DNA of 64,000 nucleotides from Camelus dromedarius (Eukaryota), in NCBI RefSeq assembly GCF_036321535.1, contig NC_087447.1, positions 37,264,001-37,328,000 of the forward strand. Direction: 5' to 3'. Shown here one piece after another: positions 48,876 to 62,421 of this stretch; the stretch's first letter is position 1; every line of letters begins with the position of its first letter. The notes beneath the pieces are model-generated. The model was not told the DNA's origin. It saw only the letters and a program-made list of their open reading frames with translations, and ran no database searches. Made by a program: the position numbers and the translations under genes.

Positions 48876-50589
48876 GTCCCCCAAATAAAATTTCATGGAC
48901 CTAGCCAGTCCATCAATTCAGAGTGGCCTTGGAACTATGCAGACCACCAGTTAAGAAGTTTAAATATCACAAGAGGAAGAGTTCTTTACTTGCACTTTTA
49001 CTCTTTAATGAGCAAAAGTTCACACATAGGTATATATGAATATTCTGAGGCTCTGAGATCTTGCTTAAGGTCATAAAGCCAGCCAATCATCAGAAGACCC
49101 AGATTTTAAACCCAGGTTGACCTGGCTCCAAATTTTTAGCTCAGATCTTTTCATAGAAGCCTGCCGGATCTTATTCACAGTCTTCCTTAGGGTCTATTTC
49201 TATGCAAGTCTCCTGACTCTCTTGTGAAGTTTGCTTTGTTACCACCACATACAAGTGGGAGCCACCATGATGGGGCTGTCCTGGAAGGAAGGGGAGGAAG
49301 AACACCATGCCAGATCATGCACTAGTAATTCTAATCATTAACACGGACCCCTACTTATATGCTAGATAGTCTTTTAATTCCTTACATGTATTATTTGCTT
49401 GAACCCTTACTGCAACCAACCATGGGTATTATTACTGGCTCCATTTTGCAAATGTTTAACTAACCTGGCCAAGCAGGTAAAGAGCAAGGAGTCAAACCCA
49501 GGCCAACTGGCATTGGAGTCTGTGATGTTCACCACGTGCTGTGCTGCCTCTTGATATGGCTCAGGGGTTAGGAGATTTGTTCAAAAGAGCTTCCAAAAAT
49601 CAGACAGCCAGAAAGCCTGCAAAGTTATTGCATCTACTAGGACCAATGCTTTCTGCTCTATGCCTGTATTGCTAAATAAGGGCAACTGAGAATTTATTGC
49701 TTTTCTCCACTCATTATTTTAAAAATCATCTCTATAACTTCCCAAAGGTTGGAAGAGGGAACATGATGGCCAGTCCTAGGTCCTAGAGCCCTGTAAACAT
49801 ATAAGAGCATGTTCAATGTATTTTTGCCTCTGTGGTAGTTACTATGCTAGGTCACCTCTGCACGGTGTAGCTCACATATTCCTTAGCACCACCCTGAAAC
49901 ACCAGAGTGATTATCCCCATTTTACAGATACCAATTAATAGTAAGTCCCAATCTGGAGAAACCATATTTTACTGTAATTGGGTACTTACCCTGTGCCACA
50001 AAATAATTTGTTCTCTTTAACTCAGTAAACATTTCTCCTCCAATTTTATTTGCTTCATTCATTTGCTTAACAAACTCTTTTTTCACAAAGGTAAAACCCT
50101 GTTAAGAGAAAACTCCAGGGATATCCAAATTGTTTTATTGAAAGAAATTCTGTTATAATGACTATGTGACTGCAATTCTCATTCCCAAGCTATAGGATCT
50201 GGGAATGCAAACAAGTTAAGCATTCTGGACACAGAGTCCCAACTCCAGTTGGGTGACTGGGTCCTTTGACATTTGTGATTAACTGTATAGACTCCCTAAC
50301 CCCTCGCACAGAGCGTCTTCCTCATTTTCTTGTTGCCCTTCAAGTTCTGTTGGTTTTGTTCAGATGTTTTTAATGAGTTTGTCCTGCGGCAGCCAGGGAA
50401 TGGCTAACAAGTCTTCTGGGCCCTTAAAAACCCATTAGAATGTTATTTCTTACAAAGTGAAAAACTAACCTCATGCCAGATGCAAATAGGGCTCAAGCCA
50501 TCAGAAATAAAGTTTGATTCTGAAGGAAAATTCCACGGAGACATGAAAGTTCTTCAGCTTGGAAAAATCGTCTTTGATGTCTAGTCCAA

Positions 50590-50790
50590 CTTGGCAGTCT
50601 AATATGATTATTAAGAGCATGAGCATTGGGGAAGTTGGCTTGGGTTCACATCTACTCTCTGTTACTTACTAGCTCAGTGACCTAGGGCTTAAACTCTCTG
50701 TGTTTCAGTTATCTCACCCCTAAAAACCTGGGGATAAAAATAATATCTGCTTCATAGAACTGTTGGAGGATTAAATAAAAAATTATAAGT
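50590..50790 (+). mobile_element. MIR SINE
   Basis: 'ttaagagcatgagc...tgggttcacatc...ttactagctcagtgacc...ggaggattaaat'. Confidence 0.8.
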
Positions 50791-51300
50791 GTTATCAGGT
50801 AGAATTAGTTTCAGCAGCAATAACAAAATAAAAAATGACTTAAATTAGTAGAGGCTTATTTCTCTCTCCTTTAAAAGAAATTCAAAAATTAACAATTCAG
50901 TGTTGGCACAGCAGCTCCACAGTCATCAGGGGCCAGCTTCCTCAATCTTTCTGCTCTATGTATTTAGCATCAACCACCATTCTCAGGATCACTTCATGAA
51001 ACTCATGGTTCAAAATGGCTGCCAGGCACCGACTCTCAGTCCTCTTTCTAGACAGGAAGCAGATGGAAAGTGGCAGGGATGGAAGACATAATGTCATGTT
51101 TCTCAAATGGGTCAGGATTTGTTTTGGAAATTTCCTGGTAGTTCCAATTTCTTAGATCTTTTGGGCCTCCTTAGCTATAAAGAAAACTCAGAAATGATCT
51201 ATGGTTGGGCATATTGCTAGTCATAACGAAAACTTGGGATTTGCTTGTGAAGAAAGGGAGAATGTAATTGGAGAGTTAATGAGTAGTCCTGGTTGTAATA
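50789..51300 (-). mobile_element. MaLR solo LTR (MLT1J-like)
   Basis: 'atcaggtagaattagtttcagcagc...ggcttatttctctctc...cagctccacagtcatcagggg...caaaatggctg'. Confidence 0.75.
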
Positions 51301-52829
51301 CTTCAAGTATTTTAAAAGTGCCTGTTATGCACTTGGCTGTAAATGGGGTACCTAAACTAGGAGGCAGCCTGTGTGGTGAACTGAATGCAGTCTTTGGAGT
51401 CCATGGACTTGAATGAAACCCTAGCTCCATCTCTTAGTGGGAATGACATCTTGAGCAACTTATGGGATTTGCCTATGAGCCTCAGTATTCCTGGTTGTCA
51501 AATGCAGTTATGAGTATTGACCGTTCGGGATTTGGGGGAAAATAAAGTGAGAATGAGTATTTAAAGTGCCTGGCACATAATAGATGTTCAGTAAATATGA
51601 GGTCCCCTCTCTCTACTCTACCCCATAAGGTTCAGACCCTTCAGTGCAAAAGAAAATTCAGGGGAGTCATCACCACTCAGCAAGGCCTGGGGAAGTGGTC
51701 AGAAATCTCCCCTAAACCAATCCGTTTCTCCCCTAGGCTGCCTGCTCTCTGCCCACAAAGTGCTAAAGTGAGTGAAGCCAACCCTGTAATCAAACAATAC
51801 CAGATACTTTAATTATAGTTTTTGGGCATGATCTGAATCACTGTTTTCATGTGCATTGCCGTGAATTAATCTCATAACAGTAGTGTTAATTCCTTGATGC
51901 ATAAAGGAGTGTTTCAGCTCCCGAGGTATTCCACAGAGGAGGGAAGGGAGTTCACATTTAATTAGCTCCTACTCTCTGCCAGGCACTGCGTGGAATGCTT
52001 TATAAACCTTGTCTCATTTTTTCTCACAATAACTCTGTTTGGTAGCTATTACCACCCCATTTTATAAGTGAGGGCACAGATGTGGAGATGTTAAGTAACG
52101 TGCCCAATGGTGCAGTTTGTATAAATCCCAGAACTAGATCTTGAACCACATTTATCTGAATCCAAGACACATGCTCTTGCTGCCATATCCTGCTGCCTTC
52201 CCGCTTTCCCAGCCCCAAACCAACCAGTCTTTAGAGCTGGACTGTTGAGGGAGCTGGCAGAAGAAAGAAAAGAAGGCTGAGCTGGAAGCTGGCTCACTGG
52301 TTTTGAGTCTTGGTTCTGACCTCCCAGCTCTGGGAGCTCCAGAAGATGCTGTCCCTCCGTGGCCTCATTTTCCTATCTGTGAAGGTGTGTGTGTGTGTGG
52401 GGAGGGGGGGTGTTTAACAGGATGATCTGGGATCTCTCTTGCTACTCTGAGAGTCTGCAACTGGAGAATGAGATTACACACCTGCATTTCTGTATATTCC
52501 AATATGAAGGGTACTTACTATGAACTAAATTCACTATGGGGAAAATAAAGAACAAATAAGTTGTAGTGACTATGAAGAAAGTTAAACTGAACTTGTGGGA
52601 AAGGGCAGCAGACTGGAGATACTTTGCAGAACATTCTAAAAATGCAATTATCCGATGTCAAAGGGTCGTAGGCTTTCTGTCACTGGTGAAGGTTTTACAC
52701 ATCTGGCTGGACCACCATATGATAATGGTACTATTATAATACTGAGTGACTGTGAAAAAAGGTTATCTAAGACCAAATGCACATCTAATACATAGTCACA
52801 GAAAAGGATCAAAGATATAGACAACTAAA

Positions 52830-53750
52830 TTGGAAGTCCTCATCTTCACTTCCCCTCTCCCAATTCTAGTCCCTGACAAGTGTAGTGGGTTTCCTTACAA
52901 ATCCCTTTCCAGGGTATTATCGTACTAATTATGTGTTCTGAAATCTCCATTCATTGTGACCATCCTTACATTCACAAAAGATTGTTTTTATTCTTTTTAT
53001 CAGCTATATAATGTTCCATAAATGACAGGGATGAGGTTCTTCACGACACACATATTTTACATCTACTATCCTTCTTTACGCATTCTTCTGTCTAACCTCA
53101 ACTCAGATAAAGTTTATTTTTTTCATTTATTGGCTCAGATTAATTTTGTAAGTTTATTTGTTCTGGTATTGTTTTCTTAAAAATCTCTACCCAGTTTTAA
53201 GACTACTCATGATCCAATCTGTCAGTGTTTTACCTTTTGACTTCTGGGTTTCATATCTTGCTTCAGAAAATCTGTATCATCTTGTCTTATTTAGCTATAG
53301 TCACAATAAATCTGTATAACAAATCACCCAAGAATGTGGTGGCTTAAAATGTAACGATTCATGACTGTGGATTGAGTATCAACTGACCTACACTGGGTCT
53401 GGCTTTCAGCTGTAGCTTGGGCTCAATTCTGTTGCATATGACTATGACTCTCATTCTCCTTGGATCAGCGGGCTAGCAGGGGCAGGTCCTTTCCATGGTG
53501 ATGGCAGATGTACAGAGTCTTTAATGCCTGTGCTCATGTCACAGCCACTAACATCCTATTGGAAAGCAAGTAGCATAGCCAAGTGCAATATGGTTGGGGG
53601 CAGAGAAGTACCTTTAGATCATACAAGGAAGGGAAGGGAATGATTATCACAGCCCTAAAGGTTTTTTTAAATCTCATTTTTTAAGTTGTTCCACAGTTTT
53701 ATTTTTTTGTTCAGATCTTTCTTTATTTGTGTTTAATTATGTGTGTACGA
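52830..53750 (-). mobile_element. Old L1ME fragments interrupted by an MLT1H/I-like LTR (~53283-53650)
   Basis: L1ME-like T-rich text; MLT1 text 'ttagctatagtcacaata...tataacaaatcaccc...gtggcttaaaa'. Confidence 0.6.
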
Positions 53751-55119
53751 CGGTGCACATGTGCCCATTAGAGAGCTAATGTTAAACTAGGGAGGCTCCT
53801 AAGATGTGGTGTCAGGGGTGGGTGGCTGTGCTGCAGCAAGGGGAGTGCTCGTTATGGACAATGACAGAATCAGCAGATTTCTGCTTTCCGAACTGGAAGT
53901 CTGCCTCCCAACGGGGGATTCCTTTTTAAGAATTTTATCTTAGAGAGTCAATCACAAAATATATGATGTAGGTCTAGGTCTTGGAGAGCTTGTCAAATAG
54001 AAGAACCTGTATCATATAGGTTTCAGGGCTTTGGCTGATGGTGGAGAATTTGACTAGGGCATTAGCCCCATCAAAATACAACCATTTTCACAGAAAGTCC
54101 ACAGGAGACAGTGCTGGTCGACTGGGGTAGTTTCTGCTTCAAAAACTGGAAACATAAAAGCAGTAAAGAGACACCTACAGGCCGAGGTGCAGTTTTCCTC
54201 GTTATCTTTGTCCTGGGAAGGGCGACTCTCCATCCCACTGCCCCTCCCATGCCAGACCTCGGAAAGTGCGGGGCTGCTGAGTGTCCGTGAGCGGGACAGA
54301 ACTGCCATATGCAGCTCCTCAGGAGGCTGAGAACATGGCTCTCCTTCAAACCCATAGGCTTGAAGTAGTTATTCAACACCTACCTACTGGAGAGGCTGAG
54401 TACTGCTGGGGTGAGGGTGTGGAGGGGGAGACCACGGAGAACAGGAGGGACTAGCTTCTCCGCTGTCATACTGAACTATTCTACTTGGCCCCAAACTTGC
54501 ATATTTCCCTTAGCAAAACAAAAGCCCCTCAGTTAACCAAGCCCACCATCCTCAGGACGCTGCTTAGAACAGGTCTTTGGGATTTTACCCTGTCCTGAGA
54601 GGCTGATCAAGTATTCCTTCGTTTTAGAGAGTAAGGAAGACGGCTCTGTTTTGCTGCTGTTCACTGCAGATTGCCACCCAATTGAAGAGCTCTGTGCAAC
54701 CATGGACGCATCACTAAAGAGTGATGGCAGCCTCAGAAGCCCAGGAAATCAATGACCACCGCCTTCTGACTTGGATTATTGCTCAGGTTTACTCTACTTA
54801 TACAACACAATGGCAGAAACCTAACAGAATCATAATTTGATATCCTGGCTCTTCCCTCCAGGTTGGAGACCTGGTTTCCATATTTTCCCCTTGTGATTCT
54901 ATATGCTGAAGTCAGACCCAGCAAGAAATCTTCCTGGGATATTAGCATCTATTTCTCTTTTTTAATGTAGCTTATCTTTGGGGGAATGCAGAAAAATTGC
55001 AGGCAGAGGGGATATTGGCATCTGGGATTTTGTGAGGTTGAGCTTGTCCATCTCCGAGGCTGACAGAGCTGAGGCACTTACTTTCTAAAGTGTGTGCCCA
55101 GCCTCATATCTGCTCCGTA

Positions 55120-55270
55120 CAGCCCAGTACCTTCCAATCATATACCGTATTCTCTCTGAGAAGAGTTCTCTTAAGTGTAATCTTATCCATCTTCTTCCAT
55201 TTCTCTAAATCTTCTAGTGCCCTTTGGAGATGGGCATCTTGGGCAACTCCCTCAGATCTGTTCCCCTCTC
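55120..55270 (-). mobile_element. CR1/L3 reverse-transcriptase remnant
   Basis: Within ORF 55104-55298(-): 'LQRALEDLEKWKKMDKITLK...WKVLG' resembles CR1 ORF2 'IQ.DLD.LE.W...N.M.FN..KCKVL'. Confidence 0.5.
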
Positions 55271-55727
55271 TACTTGAGGTGGGAACTTGCAGCCTCATTA
55301 CATAGCTTCTACCCTTTCAGTATCCTTCTGAAGGCTCACAAGGAGCCATGCGATTAGGAGTGTGGTGGCCGGGGAGATAATATGGCCATCTGTGTGAGTT
55401 CTTTCTGTGTCTCAGGCTGGGAGAGGAGCCCCTGAGGATGGAGAGCTTGGCACATGCAGGGTATAGTCCAGGACCATTGCCAATCACTTCCCTTTATTAA
55501 AAACAGTAAGTGATCTAATACTTTTCATTTGGCTGCAGAAGTACTTAACTGTGACACTTCATAAACACACCAACATTGGCTGAAATAAGAGAAGAGTGGA
55601 TTATTTCTAGTTTAACAAGAGGCTGTCTTTGGAATTGTGGCTTTATCAATAAAGGCACTGCCTTAATATTCTGTCTTCTGGATTCCATTTAAATCATCTT
55701 GCTCCTACCCACAATCATTCGCTTGGT

Positions 55728-56130
55728 TGGTGCATTGCTCAGGATTCTTTTAGTTGCAAGTGACAGAAACCTAACCCCCACCAGCATAAGCAGAAAAGAC
55801 AATTTAAGTGGGGTGAGACTCAGAGAATTAGGGGCTTCCCCAACCCTATCATTTTTCTGAACTCTCTCTGCCAAATCCTTCCTCCCCCTTGAATTGGCTT
55901 GGCCTCTCTGTGAGTTGGTCCTATTCTTTCCCCTGACAGCTTGGTTTCCTCCATGTGCCCAGGGGTGGTGGCTGACCTGGCTACAGAGAGTTGCCGGCTA
56001 CAGCACCTCCACTTAACACCAGAAATAAAGAGGGAGGTTATTTCTCTCCTGAGTTTGAATATGATACACCAGGGAAAATTTCTGAATTGCCTTGCTTGAG
56101 ATGGGCTCTTATCTTTCAAATGGATGGATC
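55728..56130 (-). mobile_element. MaLR solo LTR (old MLT1)
   Basis: 'caggattcttttagttgcaagtgacagaaaccta'. Confidence 0.7.
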
Positions 56131-56159
56131 ACAGCTCTAGATGGACTTTTTTCTGGGAT

Positions 56160-56296
56160 GTTTTTCCAGGTGCCAGTGCCTGAGCCCTCCACCCAGAGAC
56201 TCTGATTCAGTAGGTCTGGATGTGGCCTGGACATCGGTATTTTTAATAACTTCCTGCAAGTGATTCTAATGAGCAACCAAGCTTGAGAAACACTGC
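56160..56296. mobile_element. MER5-type hAT-Charlie MITE
   Basis: 'cccagagactctgattcagtaggtctgg...gtgattctaatg...ttgagaaacactg'. Confidence 0.85.
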
Positions 56297-56304
56297 TTTA
56301 GACT

Positions 56305-56990
56305 GATTCATTTATTCTTCAAAAAAAAAAAAAGTTTTGAGTACCTACTCTGTGCCAGGCAGTATACTAGGTGCTGACAGAACAGTGAACAAGACAGATA
56401 AAGGCATTCTCATGAAGCTTGTGATCTGTAGGGGAAGACAGGCAAGAAGCCCACAAGTGAATTAGTAAATGGTGCTAATGAATAAATATTACCAATAGAA
56501 TAAACACAGGACAAAAGTATGGGTGACAGGAAGGAGCCAGCCACACACAGCTCAGAGGAAAGGGCATCTGAGGCAGAGAGAACAGCTAGTGCAAAGGCCA
56601 AGAGACCTCTTCCAGAAAAAGGAAGGACAATGTGGCTGAAAAATGGTGAATAAAGAAAAGAGGGTCATGGGATGAGTTCAGGGAGACAGGCAGCAGCCAG
56701 CAGTCATGGAGCTTTGTAAACTAAGCCAGGAGATACGGACTTTATTCTATAAGGAATGGAATATGAACAAATATGGAGGAATGATAGGCTCTGATCTCTA
56801 TTTCAAATGATTATTCTGGCTGCTGTTTGGAAAAAAAGACTAGATGGGTCAAGGGTAGAAACAGGTGGATCAAGTAGCAGACAAATATAATTGTTCAGAT
56901 AAGAAATGATGTTGGCTTGATCTATATTAGCTTTGGGGAGAAGTGAGTGAGTGTAGACTAAGGTTTGGAGATTGAATTGACTGGACACCA
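56305..56990 (-). mobile_element. L2 LINE fragment
   Basis: 'tgagtacctactctgtgccaggca...cagtgaacaagacaga...aacagctagtgcaaaggcc...attctggctgctg'. Confidence 0.85.
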
Positions 56991-58704
56991 GAATGTAAAC
57001 CCCTTAATTACTCCTTTTACACCCTCAGTATCTGGGGTGGGGAGTGAGGCCAATACACTAGAGCCAGTAGGTGCTTAAGAAATGTGTTGAATTAATGAAA
57101 CCAGAATCCAGAGGCAAGAAGATAGAGAAGAAGTGATGGAAATAAAACTCTGAGCTTGCAGAACCAAAGAGCATATCTCTCTAACAGAGCCCAGTGGCCA
57201 GCATGGAGCTTCCCATGTGGAAAAGAGGAGTAGATGGGGACAGAAATGTTGCTGGAGGAAAATCAACTTAGTGACCCCAAAACCTGATGAGAGCTGGTGT
57301 GCTGTGAACCGAGGAGTCTGAATATCTCCATCCTCCTCATCCAAGGTCCAAAACAACAATGTTAACATTGAAGGGAAAGAAGAATAAAAGAAACCCCCTC
57401 AAAGTATAGCCCCAGATGCGAAGGAAAACAGCAAACCTGAGAATGAGCACTTGTCATGCCCCAAAGACTGAACCAGAACTTCATAGGCACAAACTCATTT
57501 TTGGTTCCTGGAGGATGAGATGCCATGACTGACCAACTGGGCTCAGAGCTGAGGGAGATTATTATTATTCCATGAAGCCTGTCCACTCCCTCCAGCGAAC
57601 ATCATTGTTTACCTCTTTAAACCTTCCCAGTCTCTTCCTCCGTCCCTACCCCAGCCTCTGTCCCCTGGACCACACTCCGCATCAGACATTGTGCCTGGGA
57701 CACAGCAAATCAGCGTGAAGCCGATCCCTGTCGATGTTGAGGGAAGCCCCAGACTCCTGCATTGCCCATCGCAACCCCTAAGCTTTCACAGTAGCAAGGC
57801 CATTCATAAAAGAGCCCTGGGACTTCCTTGAGCTATTTATTCTAAACAACTTAGAGCAAGCCTGGGGCCCCAGTGTGATGTTTGCTCGTCTAATTTCCAT
57901 GAGCTACCGATAAGAGCCCACTCCAACCAACTAGTTGTCAGCCTTGACTCTAAGGGCCTGGAAAATGTACTATTTGCAATTACTTGAAAAGAAACCAATT
58001 AGCTTTAAGGAGGAAACCATAGGTAGAAATGACTGAAATCAGCAGTTCAACTGTGCTTGGCAAAAAAATTAAAAGGAGTAGGCGATCGTACCTCACATTT
58101 GCTTCATTCGAAGGGAGACTAGGAAGTAGGTAAGCCTTGCAGAGGGGATAGAAAGCGGCATTTTTTCTCTGTAGGGAGAGGCTTCTGAGCAGAAGCAGTG
58201 TCAGCAGACCTGTTGGGCAGCTGAGAGGTTAAGACGGGACCTTGAAAGCATCATTTCTACTTTGTCCAGTGGCAGCGAAGGAAAGAGTTTGAACGAGGGA
58301 CTTATGATCAAGTTAGGACTTTGGAAATATGTGTGTTGATCTTCAATGTAAGTGCTAGGTGATAAAGAAATTACGGGCCTTCCTTCAGAAGTGGCCAATC
58401 CGCAGCATCTCAAAACAGGTTTAAAAACAGTATATTACAATTTCTCAGAGCCTAGCACTCTTGACTGGTGTGTGGCAGGTAGTGGTGAAATGAAGGAACA
58501 GCACCCGGCCGTGGTCTGGAGGCCACCTCAAAGGCGCGAGGAGGTAAGGGAAGGAACAGATGCAAATCCTGACATACGTGCTTTTTGCCTCATTTTTGTC
58601 CTTTGTAAGTGCAATTGTGGCTTTCCTTATCAGGCATGGAGGGCTAGCCCTGGGTGAGATGCAGGCCCTGGCCAGCCACACCCCTGCTCCCCAGAACCTA
58701 GAGC

Positions 58705-58875
58705 ATCTCTCCAGGTAGGTCCTCGACCAGCATCACATATGGTGCTTACTGACACCCAGATTCTGAGTCTTGCCTCCCACCTACTGAGTCAGAATCTCTG
58801 GGGCTTGGGCCTGATGACCTGCTGGTTTAGCACTCTCCCAGTCTAGTCTGCACAGTCAAGTTTAAAACTACAGGC
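58705..58875. mobile_element. MER5A-like MITE
   Basis: 'ggtcctcgaccagcatcaca...cctactgagtcagaatctctgggg...aagtttaaaaacta'. Confidence 0.7.
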
Positions 58876-58914
58876 CTACCAAAGGGACACAATGAGGTTT
58901 AACATTTTCTGAGA

Positions 58915-59170
58915 AGCAGCAAAGTGGGGTGATTAATAGCAGGGCCTCTGAGCTGACCCGCCTGGTTCAAATCCCAGCTCTGTCACTTACGGCTAAGTGA
59001 TTTCGAGCACAGTACTGAACTTCTGTGTTCCTCGCTGGAAAAACGGGATAATAATAGCATCTACTTTATCAGGGCTGCTACAAGGATTAGACAAGTTAAT
59101 CCATGTAAAGCCCTGAGAACAGTGCTGGGCACGTAGCAAACACTTGAAATATTAGTTAGTGTTATTACTG
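58915..59170 (+). mobile_element. MIR SINE, near full length
   Basis: 'ggttcaaatcccagctctgtcactta...gggataataatagcatcta...atgtaaagccctgagaacagtgc'. Confidence 0.88.
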
Positions 59171-59549
59171 ACTTTTAGCATTATGCCAGGGATCTTAACC
59201 TAGGCTGTGACATTAATCCTCAGAACAACCACACAAGGAAGATATTATTAAGGATTGGGGGCAAATAATTTTTCTAATGCTCAGAGGTTAAATGACAAAC
59301 TAAGGGGTAGCGGGTGGTGGGATTTAATCCCAGATCTGTCACATCGGCCTCCGAAGTCCCCGCTGTCTCCCAGACATTAAGCTGTCCTTGGCAGGCTCAT
59401 TCCCTGCCTCCACGGGGGCATCCTGGTTTTCACCCCAGCCCTTGCATCCACCAAGGACTTCTGGGCATGGAGAGGAGGGAGGCAGGCATCTTGGTAGCAT
59501 TTACCTGCTACATCAGCCCGCCTTGCCCGGGCTGGAGCTGCTCTCTGGG

Positions 59550-59770
59550 ATCTGGTTAGCAGCTAATGATCAGTGGGCTCTGGCTATAATGATCGGATTA
59601 GCTGCGCTTTAATCACTGTCTATTGTTTCAGCAGGGAGAGAATTTCACAGCTCATTGACTGCTCTGACTCCTAATCTACACGGAGGAAACAATGTTGCAG
59701 CTCATCAAATGCAATCAGCTGCTAATTGAAAGGAAATGGAATTTTACAATTACAGGCCACCTTTCAGCGC
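59550..59770. promoter_or_regulatory. Candidate conserved homeodomain-site enhancer
   Basis: At least seven TAAT/ATTA cores in ~200 bp (CTAATGA, ATAATGA, GGATTA, TTAATCA, CTAATCT, CTAATTG, CAATTA); repeat-free. Confidence 0.55.
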
Positions 59771-62421
59771 TCAGGATTTCTAAGCCTTCTCCCCACCCTC
59801 CTTTGCCAGCTCAGCACTGGCAGGAGCACTTGACAACCTGCTAGAGACTTCCCGGAGAACTGCGTTTAGGACCTGGCCCATTTCTCCCTAGCCCCAGAGC
59901 AGCAGAAAAGGGAAGCAGCGTCCTCGCCAGTTCCTAGGCTGTCCTTCAGGGCTCAGTGCAAAGGAAACAGGCTGGGGCTGGGCGTCCACAGACCAAGTGT
60001 GTGTCCTGGCTTACCCTCCTCCTGCACCTTGTGACTGTGTGACCTTGTGGATGTCCTTGTTCCTCTCTGAGCCCCACTGTCCTCTCCAAAATCAAGATTT
60101 GATGACCTCCAAGGTTCTTCTTAGCTCTGAAGATTCTTTTTGCCCAATTCTCACTACTATCCCCATCCGGTGCAGAACATCTAAATTGTCATCCTCTTTC
60201 TTGCCCATATATCAGCTTTTCCAAATGCTTTCAGGGTGACTGCCTTAGGTCTCCCAAAAAATTTGTCCTGATGAGATTTTAATAGGACAGAAAGCAAATT
60301 TGGGAAATATCCTACTCTGCCTTCTGATCAAACATCTCTTTCCCTGTCCTGGATTCATTCACTCCCTTGGACGAATATCAATCACGATTAATTCTAAAGA
60401 CAGTCACATAGATTCTTCTGGGTTCTGTCTTTCTCTCATTGATATTCTGTGGAGACAAGTCTTGGATGAGGGCTACCAGCCAGAAAGAGCATTGGTGCTT
60501 TTGACCCTGTCTCAAAGCTCCATTTTCAGCCGGCGTTTCCTCTGAGAACAGGACAAACTAGCATCTGCTCTGAGCTCTGGACTGTGTCATCCCACAGTAA
60601 CACTTGTTCTGTCCGGGAACGCGGCCGACACTCATGTAACCCCTCAAGGCCATTTTCTCTTGGTTCCCATGGTCTGTGGGATTGTCTGATGTGCTTATCA
60701 AACAGACCCTGGAATATCACCACTTTCCTTCAGGCAGATGAGTTATGGTGTGTCTCCAAAAAAGGCACAATCAAAAATATTTTTTTATTTGGCCAAGGCT
60801 CATTCTCAGTCCCATTTCCCTCCCTGTGTCAGGACAAGGCTGTAGCAGGGTCTTAGGGTCTTAGTCTGACCTGTTGCCTAGTGAGATGGGCTGTAAACAA
60901 GGAAAAGAAAGACCAAAATAGGCTGGCTCTACCTCCCCTCTAACAACACTACAGCGTGCTGGTAGGAAGCCTGGTGCAGGAGACTCCCGATGTCTTCCTG
61001 GAACCCTGGCTCCAGGGAAGGCTGGAGAGAGAAAGGACAAAGCCTGGGGTCTGAGTTAGGACCAGGGAAGGGGAATGTGAAGGAAGCTCTGGAGCTCAAG
61101 GGTCTGCACTGGAATATGAATGGGACAGAAGCTGGAAGTGAGTCCAGGTTGGGGACAGAAATAGGATCACTCAGAAAGATTCCAGCTACAGGTCCACCGG
61201 CCAAAGGGTCAGAGTTCAGAAAGCCAATGTGGAGAGGAGAGAGAATGCCAAAGGTGACAGTAAAATGGCCTTCAGGGGGGATTAAGAGCATAAGGGGTGT
61301 CAGAGGTCAGGGAGAAGAAACTGCTTGTGCTCAGAGGGTATCTGACACAGACCACCACTCAGACGCCTGCCATGCTAGTAGAAAAGTATTGGCTTATACA
61401 AGGCCTGGGACTGGCTGCCCAATCGGGTAGAGGGGGCAATAAGAAAAATTTCACTTGATGGGCAGAATGTGGCATCCAGAGAGCATGAAAATAGGCACTT
61501 TGTGGGAACACAGAGATGTCCTTGGCATTTGGCGTCCTAACCCAGATCTCCACGTTATTTTGACAGGTAGATGGGACAAGTGATGGGGATTCAGAGCAGC
61601 CTGCAGATGTCTAAGGATTTCTTAATAAAAGCTTCTCTTTATAAAAAAGTAACCAAGGGAGCGTATCTTTTATAGGGCTATCTGTCTTTTCTTGTCTTGA
61701 TCATAATTCTGAGAAGTATAAAACTTAGTATTAAAACCTTGGTATTTTGACCCAGTTTTGGATGCAATGAATTTAGAACACTTCTTGTTTAATTATTTTT
61801 TAAAATGTAGTTGGAATATTTTGGGGGCTACCACATTTTCTGAGATGAAGTAAGGCCCATAGATAAACCTCCACATTTCTGCTTTCAGATGTGACGTGCC
61901 TTCATTTAGTCAGCAAACACTGATTAGATATCTTCCACATACTGGGTACACATCAGTGAAAAAGGTAGGCAAAACATTTCCCTGCACTCTGGAACTTACA
62001 TGCAAGATCTAATATTTATTTAAATTAGTTAATCTTCATTTTGATTTATTTAATAAACCACTTAACATTTTTATCCTCTATTAAGAAATAAATGTATTTA
62101 AATATATGATATAAAATTTTAGATGTCAATCTAAAAATGGTCAAGTAGGTACAGAAGGGTCAAAATCTTTTAGAGAGTGCATTAAAAAAATTTTTTTTTG
62201 AAAATGACTGTGGTCATTTACCTGCCAAACAGAGCAGACATTCTCTGTTAAGTGCATCTGCCCAATTGTTGCCTCACTTCTGCTTGGTCCTTCCTGATAC
62301 CAAAGCATTGCATTCCATTCCATTCCATGGAACTCTGAGTAGGCAGAATTCTTTAGCTAGAACTCTTATTCTTTAATGTCCTCCAGTGGGCTCCGGCTCA
62401 TCCCTCTGGGATCACATGGAG

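Noticed and set aside
22577..58567. Several octamer ATGCAAAT/ATTTGCAT sites
   Set aside because: A handful of 8-mers in 64 kb of AT-leaning DNA is close to chance expectation
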